From assembly GCA_002269645.1 (NCBI GenBank), contig NIVC01000563.1, positions 1-64,000 on the forward strand: a DNA stretch of 64,000 bases, given 5' to 3'. A program made the translations under genes and the position numbers. The notes beneath the pieces were generated by a model. That model worked only from the letters and a program-made list of their open reading frames with translations, ran no database searches and was not told the origin of the DNA. This stretch comes from Macrostomum lignano. Taxonomy: Eukaryota. Below, one piece after another: positions 34,184-47,400 of this stretch (the stretch's first letter is position 1; each line of letters opens with the position of its first letter).

Positions 34184-36508
34184 CTATTCAAAGTCAGACT
34201 CGGCCACTTCCAACAGATCGGGCAGCGGGCCGTCAGCCGCAGCCGCCACTTCGGCAAGAGCGTCAGCGGCCACGTCAACAGTGGCGGCTTCCTCGATAGC
34301 GGCCACAGCCGAGGCGGCAAAATGTCGCAGCGAGGACAGCAGAAGACGACGCGAGCCGATCTGGCCGGCCCGTTCGGTGAATCGGCGAACGCTGGCATTG
34401 AGCTGCAGAAACTGGCCGCTCGCTGCCGCCTCCCGCTGTTCCGCTAGCAGTAGGCGAGGCCAAACAGCCGCCAGCACGTTGGACACAAAAGCGCTGGCTA
34501 GAAAGTGCAAGGATTGCCGATCGGCGGCCAGCCGACTGCCGGCACAGTCAACAGCAGCGCCAGTATCGACAGTTGAAGAAGCTGGCAGCGCAGATGTTGA
34601 AGCTGCAGGCATAGCTGGCGGCAACAGTTCGGCAAATAATTCGCCAGACTCGGCCGACAGCAGCACGCTGAGCGAATCGGCCCGGTCGTTCACTAATTCA
34701 AACGAGTCCAAGCGGCAGCGGAGCTGCTCAGGCGTAGCCGGGCTGTACAGGGCGTAGTAGAACCTGCGGAACAGGGACAGCGACTCGGCCGGCTCCACTA
34801 GCAGCATTGGCAGCCATTGGCATTCGATTATTCGATGACCGAATGCTCGAAGACGCTCGACAACTTCTGGATTGTTGATAGCCGAAGCAGCGGAAGGATC
34901 CGAAGCTCCAGGAGCAGCAGACTGAGCAGCAGCCGGCTCAGCTGCGTCAGCGGCTTGTACAGCTTTGCTGAGCATGGCGGAGATTCGTCTTGGATCGTCG
35001 CGGTGTCGATGCAGAGCGGATTTAAAAGCGGCCAATCCAGCGCGGAGCTGCGGGTAGCGTCGAGCCAGACGGTCTAATGTGTCGTCGCCACCACCACCGC
35101 CGTCGCCGCCGGAGTTCAGGTGTCGCCGACGAGCCCGAGCAAAGTCGGCGTAGCCAGGCAGTCGGCCGTCGTCCAGTTCGGCGTCTGGACAGTCGGTCGG
35201 CTCGATACCGCGGCACTGATACCAGACGGCCATCGCCCGGCGAGGCGTCAGGCCCAGCTGACTGGCCAAGGTTCGAATCTCGCGCCGCGTGTCCGGGCCA
35301 AGTCGGCCGCCGCGGCGGCGAGTTCGACCGCGCTGGCAGCTGCTGGGCGCCTCAGCATCAGCGCCATCAGCATCATCATTATTAGAGGCACTGTGGCTGG
35401 AATGATCGCCGCGCAGAACCACCTGTAATTGTGTTTGCAGAGCAGTAAGTTTAGCTGTATTGATTATTGCCTCATCAACTGACTACTGCTTAATTAAGAA
35501 TTAAAGACTTTGCGAGAGTTACTAATTAAAGTAAGTCGCTTCATGCTACTTACTTGTACTCGTTAGTAGGTGGTTGCGAATCACTCACCTGGCAGACAGC
35601 TGGGGCATCGGCAGTTGCCAATTCCGGATCAGAGGAGGCCACCAGAGCAGCATCGGGCCGATCAGTGCTGAGCAGCCGTACTGCCAGCCGGAAGCCGCAA
35701 CCGACGGCAACGCAACGAAACTCCAGACAGTGCAGCGCCCTGGGCCGGCTGGCCCGACTCCTGTAGGTTTTGACAGGCAGCAGCAGGGCCCGGGAGGCCA
35801 GCTGGTAGGCGCGGATCCAGCGCCTGGCCCCGGCCAAATCCGACACGCCGGACACGTACAGGCAGACGGCGGCGGCCGAAGCGGAGGCGGATGTAGAGTC
35901 AGCCGGGCGGCTTCGGCTGCGACGGCCAGGCGGGACGTCCGCGGTCAGAGAGTGCGTGTAGCCCGGGGGCAGGGCGAACGCGTCCTGGATTGGAATGGAA
36001 ATCGATTGCCTTTTTGGGTTGAAATTTTCTCAGAATGTCAGTTATGGATCCAACCAAGCATGAGGATCTGGGAGGCTGGCCCAGCAACTGAGGATCTGGG
36101 TGGCTCAGCAACTGAGGATCTGTGAAGCTGGCCCAGCAACTGAGGATCTGGGAGGCTGGCCCAGCAAATGAGGATCTGGGAGGCTGGCATAGCAACTGAG
36201 GATCTGGGAGGTTGGCCCAGCAACTGAGGATCTGGGAGGTTGGCCCAGCAACTGAAGATCTGGGAGACTGGCCCAGCAACTGAGGATCTGGGAGGCTGGC
36301 TCAGCAACTAAGGATCTGGATGGTCAGCAACTGAGGATCTGGGAGGCTGGCCCAGCAACTGAGGATCTGGGAGGCTGGCCCAGCAACTGAGGATCTGGGA
36401 GACTGGCCCAGCAACTGAGGATCTGGGAGGCTGTCCCAGCAACAGATGATCTGGGAGGCCGAACCAGCAACTGCATACTCCGTGCTCAAAATAAGGAAGA
36501 ACATGCAT
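34184..36508 (-). CDS. Uncharacterised protein, 3 exons (36508-36479, 35984-35589, 35422-34184), ~554 aa; possible MULE/FAR1-derived
   Basis: Stop-free GC-rich frames joined by phase-0 GT-AG introns (MHVLPYFEHG|DAFALPPG..AVCQ|VVLRGDHS..). Exon 1 assignment is less certain. Confidence 0.7.
36060..36470. repeat. 28-bp minisatellite in intron 1 of the orphan gene
   Basis: gaggatctgggaggctggcccagcaact; reverse complement of the unit at 60490-61240. Confidence 0.95.
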
Positions 36509-37977
36509 ACGAAACGAATTTAGAACACAGAGAGCCTTCTACAGCACAAGTATTTCAACTTTTATTGTGATTGCCAATCATGTTATAGGCAATTCCCGAC
36601 ACAGCAAAATCAATATTTCATTATTCTCATCAGCACAATAGAACAAAACTTAATAAGAAGGCTTTACGAGTCAAAACTCAGAAATTGTGTACTCTACTGT
36701 ACGAGTATAATAGTGCCATGTCACCGTATAATAACGCTTTATAACAAACTTATTAAATATTAGGTTAAACAGAAAATATATAGGAGAAAATCAAAGCAGA
36801 CACCGAGATACAGCTAATAAAGCATGTTTGATTACATAGATACACGAAACTCAAAAATAACATAACAAACTGTTCATAGCATACTCGCCTTAATTAGGCT
36901 ACTTATTAATAGTAGCAAGAAACAAACGCAACTAAGCCAAGAAAACGTTGAATATATTTAGTTGGACGCACAGATTCTAAAATAACTATTGAATTTTAGA
37001 TGGGCCACTCAGGCATATATCCGGAGTAAGACAGCTTTCTACCTTCAGTTCAGTAGCAAAGAAGAGTACATAAGCTATTTTATAAAAATAAAGGCAGCTG
37101 AAATGACTTTGATAATTTTAGAATCCCAAGCTTGCAGGCGTAAACAGCTTGCTAATTGGTTCAGCAATAATGTACATTAGCCAGTCCACTGAAATGTACA
37201 TGGCAGCTTTAGGCTGGAATCCCGAGAAAAAAAAAAACAATAAAAATTGGGACGAGGCGGGGGGGGGGGTAGCGTGAAAAGGCGCGGTTGGAGGGTTTAA
37301 GCTGAGGGATAAGAGCCAATAAATAAGCCTTGTCTTTAAAAATACAATAAAATGCTTCTGTTTTAACTTGCTACTGAACTGAAAGTAGCTTGCACGCAAA
37401 TTTACTGAGTGGCCCATCTAGTTATTATAGTATCTAGTATCTAGTACTTGAATAGTTCTATATAACATTACTAACTGAATGTACCGTTGGCACAAAGTTC
37501 AGGGAGAAGCAGCTAAACTGGTGGCAATGTCGAACAAAAAATATTCTGATCTATTGTTTGAAATAAACTAAAAATCGAATGCTTATTATATATACGATTA
37601 CAATGTGAAAAATATGAATCACTTCAATTGGATTCCAACGAATGATAGAACAAAACACTAAAGAACAGACATTGTTTTTCAAGCTTTCAATTAAAAATAA
37701 TGCAACATCGAACTGAATTTTGATTTTAAGAAACTCCTGCCTGGCTGAAATGTACTACTGTTAACCGTATGGAGTAACTTATAGTATTTCGGTAAAATAT
37801 GGTTACCTTCAGTCAAGGGCTCTGAATAACTCTATAGCGACTAGCAAGGAATGAAACTGCATAAACTCGTCATCAAGCTTATCAATAAACAAAAGGTCTG
37901 TTTGTCTTAATCTTTTACACTTGAACGTACATCCTTTAAAACACTTTTTTTACCGAAATTACCTCAACCACCTAAGC

Positions 37978-38231
37978 CAGGGGTTGGTAAACTTTTTACC
38001 ACAAGGGCCAGACAGAGAATCTAGCGCATGACTGCGGGCCATAAAGAAGGGGAGAAAGGTGATGGAATAGAGGAGATGAGAGATGAGAGGAGGTGAAGAA
38101 GAGAAGGGAGAGCATAGGAGAGGATATTGAGAAGAGACAGACCCTGAGCGGGCCAGATTGCTATTGTGAAGTTTCAAAGGACCCGAAGGCCGGATAGACA
38201 GGCTTGGCGGGCCGGAGTTGGCCGATCCCTG
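37978..38231 (-). mobile_element. hAT-family MITE with perfect 8-bp TSD
   Basis: ACCTAAGC at 37970-37977 and 38232-38239 flank caggggttggtaaac..ttggccgatccctg; same family as 21030-21399, in opposite orientation. Confidence 0.9.
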
Positions 38232-38323
38232 ACCTAAGCCCTAATTACACACGAAATTAGCTACTAAAAGTAGCAAAATATGTTTTTTCGAGAAAAACCA
38301 AACTAAGTTATTAGAGAGGCTAC

Positions 38324-41300
38324 TTATAGTAGCATAGCGCGAATGCCAGTCGCCAGCGGTAGTAGAATTCGCCTGTAAGTAAGCCGACCGGTCAAGTACA
38401 ATAGGAACAAAGTGCTGCCAATAAGGGTGTACTTGGCTGTGCGCAAGAACAATCGTTCCGATAGAGGAGCGACCGGCACGGTCATGCAGTCGCCCAGTAT
38501 GGACGGATCGGCCGCCGCTGGCCAGTAGGACCGAATGCCCGTTTTATGACCGAATCCCACAACGGCCACGTTGATCTATTGGTTGAATATTGGTTGGAGT
38601 TCGAGCTTAGGTTAGTTGCTCAGTCGTCTAATTAATGCCTTAGACACCCTGCTTGCTTGCGTCATGGACAGTGGACACCCTGCTTGCTTGCGTCATGGAC
38701 AGTGGACACCCTGCTTGCTTGCGTCATGGACAGTGGACACCCTGCTTGCTTGCATCATGGACAGTGGACACCCTGCTTGCTTGCATCATGGACAGTGGAC
38801 ACCCTGCTTGCTTGCGTCATGGACAGTGGACACCCTGCTTGCTTGCGTCATGGACAGTGGACACCCTGCTTGCTTGCGTCACGGACAGTGGACACCCTGC
38901 TTGCTTGCGTCATGGACAGTGGACACCCTGCTTGCTTGCGTCATGGACAATGGACACCCTGCTTGCTTGCGTCATGGACAGTGGACACCCTGCTTGCTTG
39001 CATCATGGACAGTGGACACCCTGCTTGCTTGCATCATGGACGGTGGACACCCTGCTTGCTTGCGTCATGGACAGTGGACACCCTGCTTGCTTGCATCATA
39101 GACAGTGGACACCCTGCTTGCTTGCGTCATGGACAGTGGACACCCTGCTTGCTTGCATCATAGACAGTGGACACCCCGCTTGCTTGCGTCATGGACAGTG
39201 GACACCCTGCTTGCTTGCGTCATGGACAGTGGACACCCTGCTTGCTTGCGTCATGGACAGTGGACACCCTGCTTGCTTGCATCATGGACAGTGGACACCC
39301 TGCTTGGGTCATGGACAGTGGACACCCTGCTTGCGTCATGGACGGTGGACACCCTGCTTTCTCAGACTATGGACGCCACGCATTGTCCGGACTATGGACA
39401 CCCCACTTGCTGGGACTATGAACACCCCACTTGCTGGTACTATGGACAGCCCACTTGCTGGGGCTATGGATACCCCACTTGCTGGGACTATGGACAGCCC
39501 ACTTGCTGGGGCTATGGATACCCCACTTGCTGGGACTATGGACAGCCCACTTGCTGGTACTATGGCCTCTGATTATTAAAGCACTCACCGAAGGCACACC
39601 AGGGAACAGCGGCTTGCACAAAGACCGAAACTGGTAGGCCATATACCGATCCCGTTCGTCAACGATAACTTCGCGAAGTTCGGGAAAAGTTTCGCCTAGT
39701 TCGGCTAGCAACTGTTCCAGTAAGTCTTTGTCTTTGAACATTTCAATTTGCTCTTTGGTGATGGCCTCCATGCTGAATAGCAGGCAATAGGCTAGACGAA
39801 GTTTGCCGTACAATGACAATTTGCTAAGCGTACGCTGGATTGTGATGCGAATTGACCGGTCCTTCAGCAGAATCTGTAGGGATAAAAGCATTCTACGTAA
39901 AAGAAAATTCTCGAGTGGGGATTTGAGAATATTCGAGTGGGGATTTGAGAATGGTCGAGTGGGGATTTGCGAATGGTCGAGTGGGGATTTGAGAATACTC
40001 GAGTGGGGATTTGAGAATGGTCGAGTGGGGATTTGAGAATGGTCGAATGGGGATTTGCGAATGGTCGAGTGGGGATTTGAGAATACTCGAGTGGGGATTT
40101 GAGAATACTCGAGTGGGGATTTAAGAATGGTCGAGTGGGGATTTGAGAATACTCGAGTGGGGATTTGAGAATACTCGAGTGGGGATTTGAGAATACTCGA
40201 GTGGGGATTTGAGAATACTCGAGTGAGGATTTGAGAATGGTCGAAATACTCGAGTGGGGATTTGAGAATGGTCGAGTGGGGATTGAGAATGTTCGAGTGG
40301 GGATTGGAGAATGGTCGAGTGGGGATTGAGAATGCTCGAGTGGGGATTTGAGAATAGTCGAGTGGGGATTTGAGAATACTCGAGTGGGGATTTGAGAATG
40401 GTCGAATGGGGATTTGAGAATACGAGCGTATCCGAGTGGGGATTTGAGAATGCTTGAGTGAGGATTTCGTTGATACTGAGTGCGGATTTATGAATTTTCA
40501 AACTTTAGAAACTACAGAGACGGTATAGACAAATTCGTAAACGATGATTTGCACTCGTACAAAAGGTAAAAACTCAATTAACCTCGCAAAACGGCAGTCC
40601 TCTGGCTTCGTCAACGGCGGCGCGAAATTCTCCGCCGGGTAGCAGGCCAATTTGATCCATAATACATGCGCTAAGCCGGCCCATCAGGTAGTGCATGATG
40701 GCGCCTGACCAGCCTAAGGAGCGGGCATTCCTGCAATAGCAAGATTTGGATAAACATTTAAATATTCTCTCGAGGGTTGTCGAGCATCCTGGCGAAAATG
40801 CCTTTGGCGATCAATGTACATTAGCCCATCGAAAATAGAGGGCCAGATAAACTCTCGAAAGAGGCCAGAGATAACGAGGGATGGGGCCTGAAGGATTAGA
40901 CAGTTTTACTGAAAATTTACTAAAAATCTGTTTCATGTTTCATCTAAAAATCAGCTTCTGTTTAATCTTCTGCTGCAATGAGAGTGGATTATTTGCACAT
41001 CTAAGCCTTCTTTTGTTGGAGGCAGGGGCTTTGGCGCACTGGCGCACTTTAAGCGACATTGTCACACTGCCAGTGAGAGGCATTACTGCCCATTGTGCCG
41101 ACTCCCCTGGGCAGCTAACCAAGTACACAGGCGCTGTATGTATCTAGTCATACAGCAGATGTACAGGCACTCACACAGAAGTGTACAGCCGCTCTAATTT
41201 TATTTATCGTTAGGCATGTACACTTCACTGTGCTTTGGGGGTTGGACCTCAATGGAGTTAATTGCACCAGTAGACCCTAGCCGAGATGGAATCGAATGGA

Positions 41301-41779
41301 TTCGAATGGAATCGAGCCTGGGCCGCTGGCACATCAGAGCGCTGCTCAAGACCACTATGCCACGGCCCCCACATATAAGACTGCTTATTATTGAAGCCTC
41401 ACCTGCGCACACTCTCCAATCCAGTGTCGGCCACCTGAGCTCTCAGAGTGTCCTCATCCAAGGTGAGAATACCAGTGCGAGTCTGGCACAGCTCCAGTAT
41501 AACCCGGTGCGGTTTAACTTGCCGAATAACATCGCGAACATCCTGACAGCTCTGCTCAGAGAAATGCGCTGTGCCAACTAAATAAAGCTTGGAGCCGCCG
41601 TCGCCTTCCAGTATCTCGCAGGCGCTTGGCAAATTGGCTTCAATTTCGGAGAGATTGCCGCGAATTTCTGACAGGTAGCGCATGTCGGCCAGCAGGTGAT
41701 GCTCAGATTGGAACAGGGGCGGCGGCGGCTGAGCCTGCTGCCCCAATTCCATAGATGCGCCACTGGCCTGTTCTTCCAT
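38324..41779 (-). CDS. TRABD: TraB domain-containing protein; 4 exons (41779-41403, 40730-40583, 39873-39589, 38575-38324), ~353 aa
   Basis: LYLVGTAHFSEQSCQDVRDVIRQVKPHRVILELC; PGGEFRAAVDEA; DRSIRITIQR..KDKDLLEQLL..FPELREVIVDERDRYM; VAVVGFGH; C-terminal TM segment. Junction phases consistent. Confidence 0.93.
38640..39565. repeat. Two adjacent minisatellites (31-bp, 38640-39350; 24-bp, 39390-39565), TRABD intron 3
   Basis: ggacagtggacaccctgcttgcttgcgtcat; cacttgctgggactatggacagcc. Confidence 0.95.
39910..40470. repeat. 21-22-bp minisatellite, TRABD intron 2
   Basis: tcgagtggggatttgagaatac. Confidence 0.95.
41035..41375 (-). mobile_element. tRNA-derived SINE, copy 1 (TRABD intron 1)
   Basis: Minus-strand head gggggccgtggcatagtgg..ggctcgattcc (A/B boxes); body collinear with 52828-53157; tail cgcttaaagtgcgccag. 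Confidence 0.75.
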
Positions 41780-42784
41780 GCAATTGCCAGTTTTAATGCT
41801 TGAGTAGTATGATATGCATATGCAATATTTATTATAATGTACTTTAGTTTAGAAGATAAACAGATTCAATTAAACAAAACTAGACCAATTAAACAAAACA
41901 GTTATACTTTAGAATAAAAAATTAATATCATACTTACACTCATATATGTATATCTAATATTGTTGTTTATATTATACCAGTACATATCTAATAAGGACAA
42001 TGATATAGAGAGGCCTAAGAAACTAAGCATACATTCAAGTGGCTAAAGTATATTCTAGTATATGATCAGAAAACATAAGCACAATATGGAGAGTAGAAAA
42101 GGAGAGGAAGGAATACCCCTTCGGGGCAGACCTAAAAACTTTCAAGGGCGACCAACAATTTTTGCCTAAATAAAGACTTTAATGTTAAGGCAATTAATTC
42201 ATGTCTTATTTTTAGTCTTTTATTTGTAATATTTTCTTTGATATTTGTACATTTTCTATTTTTATTTATTTGCTAGTATTAGCTAAATCCTAAACTTTCT
42301 TTTGCAATTTATCATTTTTTGTTTTAATGCCTACTCCTATTGCTACCTTATAGCATTTACTTTTAGCTTAAAACATATGCTCAATATACAATGTAATTAT
42401 GAGTTATGGTGTAAGATAGGTAGCAACAGCATGGTACACACAGGGTGTTATAGTTATAGAAGATTATTTATGAGTTTATAAATCTTCTTAATAGCTAGCA
42501 GGTCTTTCTTAGTTTTGTTTTCATTTGTAACATAGCCTATGCTATAGAAATGCTTTGTGCTTTGGTAGCTTTGGCTAAAGTACAAGGGATGTCTGGAAAG
42601 TAGTGTTACTTTTAATTTTTGCCAATGTTTAGTAAGCTGCATTGACATAAATTTGGTGTCTTTTTGAAAGCAGCAAGTCTCTTCTTTAAAATGATGTAAA
42701 CCGCAATTGATTTGTATTTATATTTTAAGAGATATGTGCACTTGAGTAGAGGGAGATTGGTCATAGACTTACACAACCTAGACA

Positions 42785-42902
42785 CAAGCCTTCTGTATAG
42801 ACAATCCAGCTTCATGTCCTCAGTGAGCCATCGGGGAACCCAACGGGCACTCAGCTTGGCATGAATCATCTTCTGCAAAGACTCATAAACTGTGGACTTC
42901 AA
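42785..42902 (-). mobile_element. mariner transposase fragment
   Basis: KLSARWVPRWLTEDMK matches the mariner WVPHEL motif context. Confidence 0.6.
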
Positions 42903-43055
42903 ACGCGCGGCAGAGCTGCACCAAAGGCAGCTTAGTAGTTGGAAATTTATTTTTCACTCTGATAGCCAAGCAGCCCTTCAGGCCCTCTGCTGCAGCACTA
43001 CCAGCTCCAGGTCTATCCTGGACTGCAACACCCAGCTCAATAGGCTTGCGCTAGG

Positions 43056-45687
43056 CTGGGTTTTTTTTTCGCCAGAGACAAAGTGCGAAATTGCACCTTG
43101 TGCCAAATTTCAAGGTGCGATTTTAAGGCTCAGAGTGCAATTTCTCTTGAGTCTTGTTTCAGACAACTGGGAATGTATAGACATGTCTTATGTCTATACA
43201 TCTTTGTACAAAGAATGCCTTGACCTCTTGTCTGTTATCTCATCTTCAGATCGCTGCTTTGATAAATAGTAACATGATGAAAAATACTATAACAAAGAAG
43301 TTGCTACTTTGTATCAATTCTCCCATTTTTTCATTTCAGAATAAGCCTTCAGCTTGGAAAGCTTCGTGTTCAAGAGTTCTGGAGACAGGCTTCAACAGGC
43401 TGGCTTACCTACATCCATTCCTCTTGGATAACATGGAAGTGGGCCTAGTGGGACCAGAATTGGATTCAGCATAGCATAGATAAACAGCATATCATTATCA
43501 ATTGGATTGACACAGCTCAAGCTGATTGAGTGGCAGATCTACTGTTACATTTTACACGCAATGCTGTGTTGCACAGTGCACTATTGAAAATATACTCTTA
43601 CGCATTAAAAGAATGTTTTCCAGCTACATTTGCAAAGGAAAAGAAATAAAAAATGTAGAATTTACCATCTAACAATTTTAACAGTCAATATTTTCCTGCT
43701 ATTCTGCCTTTTTATTTACCTAATGGATGTTGAATTTAATAAAAATTCTACTATATGTCTATGCGGTTTAAGGTGCTAGTAAATTATGTACGCAGCAAAA
43801 CTCTAGCTAGCTATAGAGTAAATTCTAATTGAACAGTGCAAGTTCGAACAAAATCGGTCCAGCCATTTTTTCTCTAATCGATCACATAGATAGATAGATA
43901 GACACAGACAGACCATTTTTAGTATATAGGATATGTAGTTGTGGATGATAGATAGTTCCAATCCAACTACCAACACTGTGACAACTAGACTAAAAATGAA
44001 AGTTAAAGGTAAAAAGTCAAAGCATTCAAGAGATGGATGATGCTTTAATTTGCAAACCTCGAGTTTGAGTTAGAACTCCTGAAGATAATCGAAGAAATCG
44101 AAGCAAAAAGACTACTTTTCAAGGAATACATGATCATTGAGCAGAGTCACTGACTCACTGCGTAGACAATTAGGGAGACACTAGCAATCTAGTGCCCACT
44201 TTGGTGTGCCCAATAAGTAAGGGACAAAATTATTTACGTAAATCCTATTTGCCTTGACTCCGATGCAATTCTCCCCAAAAGCCTTGACATAGCCTTGACT
44301 TGCTTTTGCTGAATACTAATTTAGCTTTTGTATTATTGTTTTTGTTTGCATTTAAATAAACATATGTATTGGGTATGTATTACATATTATGTGAATTATT
44401 GATTACATATTAAATATCACTTAAAAAACAATCTAAAAATTAAAATAAAAATATTATAGACTAAACAAGGCTATATGTATATCAAATCTGGCATTAAAAC
44501 AATTAAAGACATTATTATTAATACATAAAGACATTCTATGTCTAGTTTAATAAAAGGTTTTTAGATTATAACAATATAAGATAGATTAGTTTGTAGTTGA
44601 TTTGTTATATTATTATTATTATATTAAAATATACTAAAAATACTAATACTTTTTTGTCCAAGTCTACTTTAATTTACTTTAAGCCATAGCCCATAACTAT
44701 ACTATATACATAGTCAAAGTATATAATATATAATAATATTAGTATATATAAATATTAGTATATATATTAGTATGTATGTATACTATTAGTATTATAATAT
44801 TATTGTACATACATAGGCCTAGCATAGACATAATATAGTACAGTTAAAGAGTAATTTAAATATAATTTTTTAATTTTACTGTTACAATTATTTTACAATA
44901 ATTTTATATAATATAATTATAAATAATTACTTATACTAAAAATAAAAAAAATAAAGTAAATGTAATTTGGCCCTATTGCCTACTCAAACATTTTTGCAAT
45001 AGAAGCTCACTCGCCTCACTGATTATGTTATCTAGACTCTAACAGCCTTTTTGACTTATAATTTATAATTGATAACTTTAACTTATAACTACCTACTATA
45101 CAAACAATAGAAATTGGCATTAGTCCTTATAGATAGTCTATATCTATTGATTTTATATATCTATTCTAGGCCTATTGATTATCTATGAGTCTATGACTAT
45201 GATTTAATTGTATATATAAGCCTTAGGCTATTAGATTATAAATATGATAAATTTATGAACTTGAATTTAATACTTTACTTCAGTAGAGCTTATGATTAGA
45301 TAGACCTTTAGATTCTTAAAATTTGCATTTGTATTATATCTATAGATTATATATACAAGTACAACTAAATAAACACAAGGCTACCGCTTAACTCATACTT
45401 AACATTCTAAGAAAGAGTGAAGACTCCGAAGAGTCAAGAGTGAAGATGTCAAAATAAAAAAGTTGAAGTTTATACTAATATACTAGATAAATTAAAATTA
45501 TCATCATTCATCATTGATTAAAAAGGCCAAATTTAATGTGATCAAAGATCAAATGATTTTTATATAACTTTTCATATATTATAATATCTTACAGACCGCA
45601 CCTAAACCGCACCTACTTTTTTAATTTCAGGGTGCGATTTTAAAATTTAGGGTGCATACGCACACTCTGCGCACAAAAAAAACCCTG
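43056..45687. mobile_element. Non-autonomous hAT element, 2632 bp
   Basis: TIRs c(t)gggttttttttt..cagag / ctctg..aaaaaaaaccctg; 8-bp TSD GCGCTAGG (43048-43055) / GCACTAGG (45688-45695); subterminal ggtgcgattttaa at both ends; AT-rich interior. Confidence 0.8.
43790..43931 (-). mobile_element. Helitron/DINE-1-like 5' end, nested in the hAT element
   Basis: Minus strand A|TCCTATATACTAAAAATGGTCT, then a (TATC/TGTC)n tract, then aaaaaatggctggaccgattttgttc; related copy at 47252. Confidence 0.5.
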
Positions 45688-47251
45688 GCACTAGGCAACC
45701 AGGTTGAGCTCAGATGGATCCCAGGTCATACCAGTTTCCTTGGCAATGAGCGCGCCAACATGCTGCCTCCTTGCTGCATCCCCCAGACACCCCCTCCAGC
45801 TAAGTCAAGTAAGTCAAGAAGTGGACTTCAAGCAATCTAGTCTATCAGCTATTTTGTGGATGCTTTGGAGGCAGTCTTCATCAATCAAGTAGAGAATGGA
45901 TCTGAGATGAGGCCACCGCTAGCATGGATCTCAGAGCATCCTGACCTTTAGTCAGTTCATGTCAGTTCTTCTACCTCTGAACTGCAATTCAGAGTTGCCT
46001 GTGAATGTCAGCTGCTTTGCAGCCAGAGCTCTAAAGTGTAAAGATGGCATGCCATGCCACTACTGTCTTTGAATGCATGTCCATTTGACAATTGATGGAT
46101 CAAACTTGAGCAATGAAGATATTTGACACAACTGGTGCAGCCATATTATTTTGAGTAAGCTTTTCACTGTGTCACATTTGATCAAAAAAACAACTCATGC
46201 ATGCAAAAATATCAATTGTCATTGAGCAGAATGCTAATTTTAGCAGGTACACTTGTATTTGAGGTTCTATAAGTCTATGACCAATCTCCCTCTACTCAAG
46301 TGCACATATCTTAAAATATAAATTCAAATCAATTGCGGTTTATGTCATTTTAAAGAAGAGACTTGCCGCTATTGTCACATTATTGTCAAAAAGAAAACGT
46401 TATTGTCACATTTTCAAAGTTTTAAAGTGACGAACCTTTTCTAGAAAAAAACATAAATAAACAATATAAATCACTACATAATTTTATTTTAGTAGTAATA
46501 TTTATTTTTTTATATAAAAACAGAATTCTAACAGTTTGATTTAAAATTTTGTCTAAGAAATCAAGTAATTGCTAACACATAAACTTAATAAAATTTAAAA
46601 TTAGCAGTTTCTATGGAATAATTGAGATCCCTGTCGCCGGTGCGCTTCGCGCTTGTGCTAGCAACATGATCCTAGGCCCTAGGGCCCCTAGTATCTAGGA
46701 CAAAGTTTTCTTTCTTTTTTTTATAAATTTATTTCTGACCTGACTTATAGAGAAAATGTCGATCTGATATCACTTTTGTGTATTTTTTGCAAACAAAGCT
46801 TAAATTTTAATCTCTGATTATTTGATTTTGTTCGATTAATTCTACCTACTAGTCTTCTTAGTCTACTGTGTCTACTGTAACTAATGTTAAGATTTTTCAT
46901 AGTACTATACTATCTAAATATTTTTGTTGTTATTAACATGGTATAAATAAAATGAATACTGTTGTTAAACACTATAATACATTACATATTACATTACATA
47001 TAGCCATAGTTTGCCTATATTTGAACACAATCTATTATTTTGAAGGATAATATGTCTAATTCTTGTTTCTTTTGAAACACCCTTCATATTTTGCATAATT
47101 AATAGTAATAAAAAGGTGCTATAGCTATAAACATCTATAAATCATGCCTATACTTCAGTTACCTTAAAGTTGTTTTAACTTATTATTCATTATAAAAAAT
47201 AAAAAACAATTTATCAGTTATGTATTTTTATTAGTATGTAAATATCTATAA

Positions 47252-47400
47252 TCCATATACTAAAAATGGTCTATTAGTATCTTTCTATCTATCTGGGTAA
47301 GTAGTTAAATAAATGGGTGTACGATCATTTAGAAAAAAATGGCTCAACCAATTTTCTTCAAATATATACCATTCAATAAAAAAATTTCCGGGATGGTACA
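47252..47400 (+). mobile_element. Helitron/DINE-1-like 5' end, copy 2
   Basis: A|TCCATATACTAAAAATGGTCT..ctatctatct..gatcatttagaaaaaaatggctcaaccaattttc. Confidence 0.45.

Larger units (their letters stand above)
42892..45770 (+). pseudogene. Non-LTR retroelement RNase H remnant split by a hAT insertion
   Basis: FIFHSDSQAALQAL..SRSILDCNTQLNRLALG (42892-43055) resumes as ALGNQVELRWIPGHTSFLGNERANML (45688-45770). Confidence 0.8.

Noticed and set aside
38616-39579. Cys/His-rich repeat ORFs (MDSGHPACLRHGQWTPCLLASWTVDTLLACV)n
   Set aside because: Three-frame read-through of a 31-bp array inside TRABD intron 3 on the opposite strand.
46628-46700. GC-rich hairpin gcgcttcgcgc with CTAG motifs, possible Helitron 3' end
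   Set aside because: Spacing and flanking base do not clearly fit CTRR|T, and it cannot be linked to either Helitron-like 5' end.
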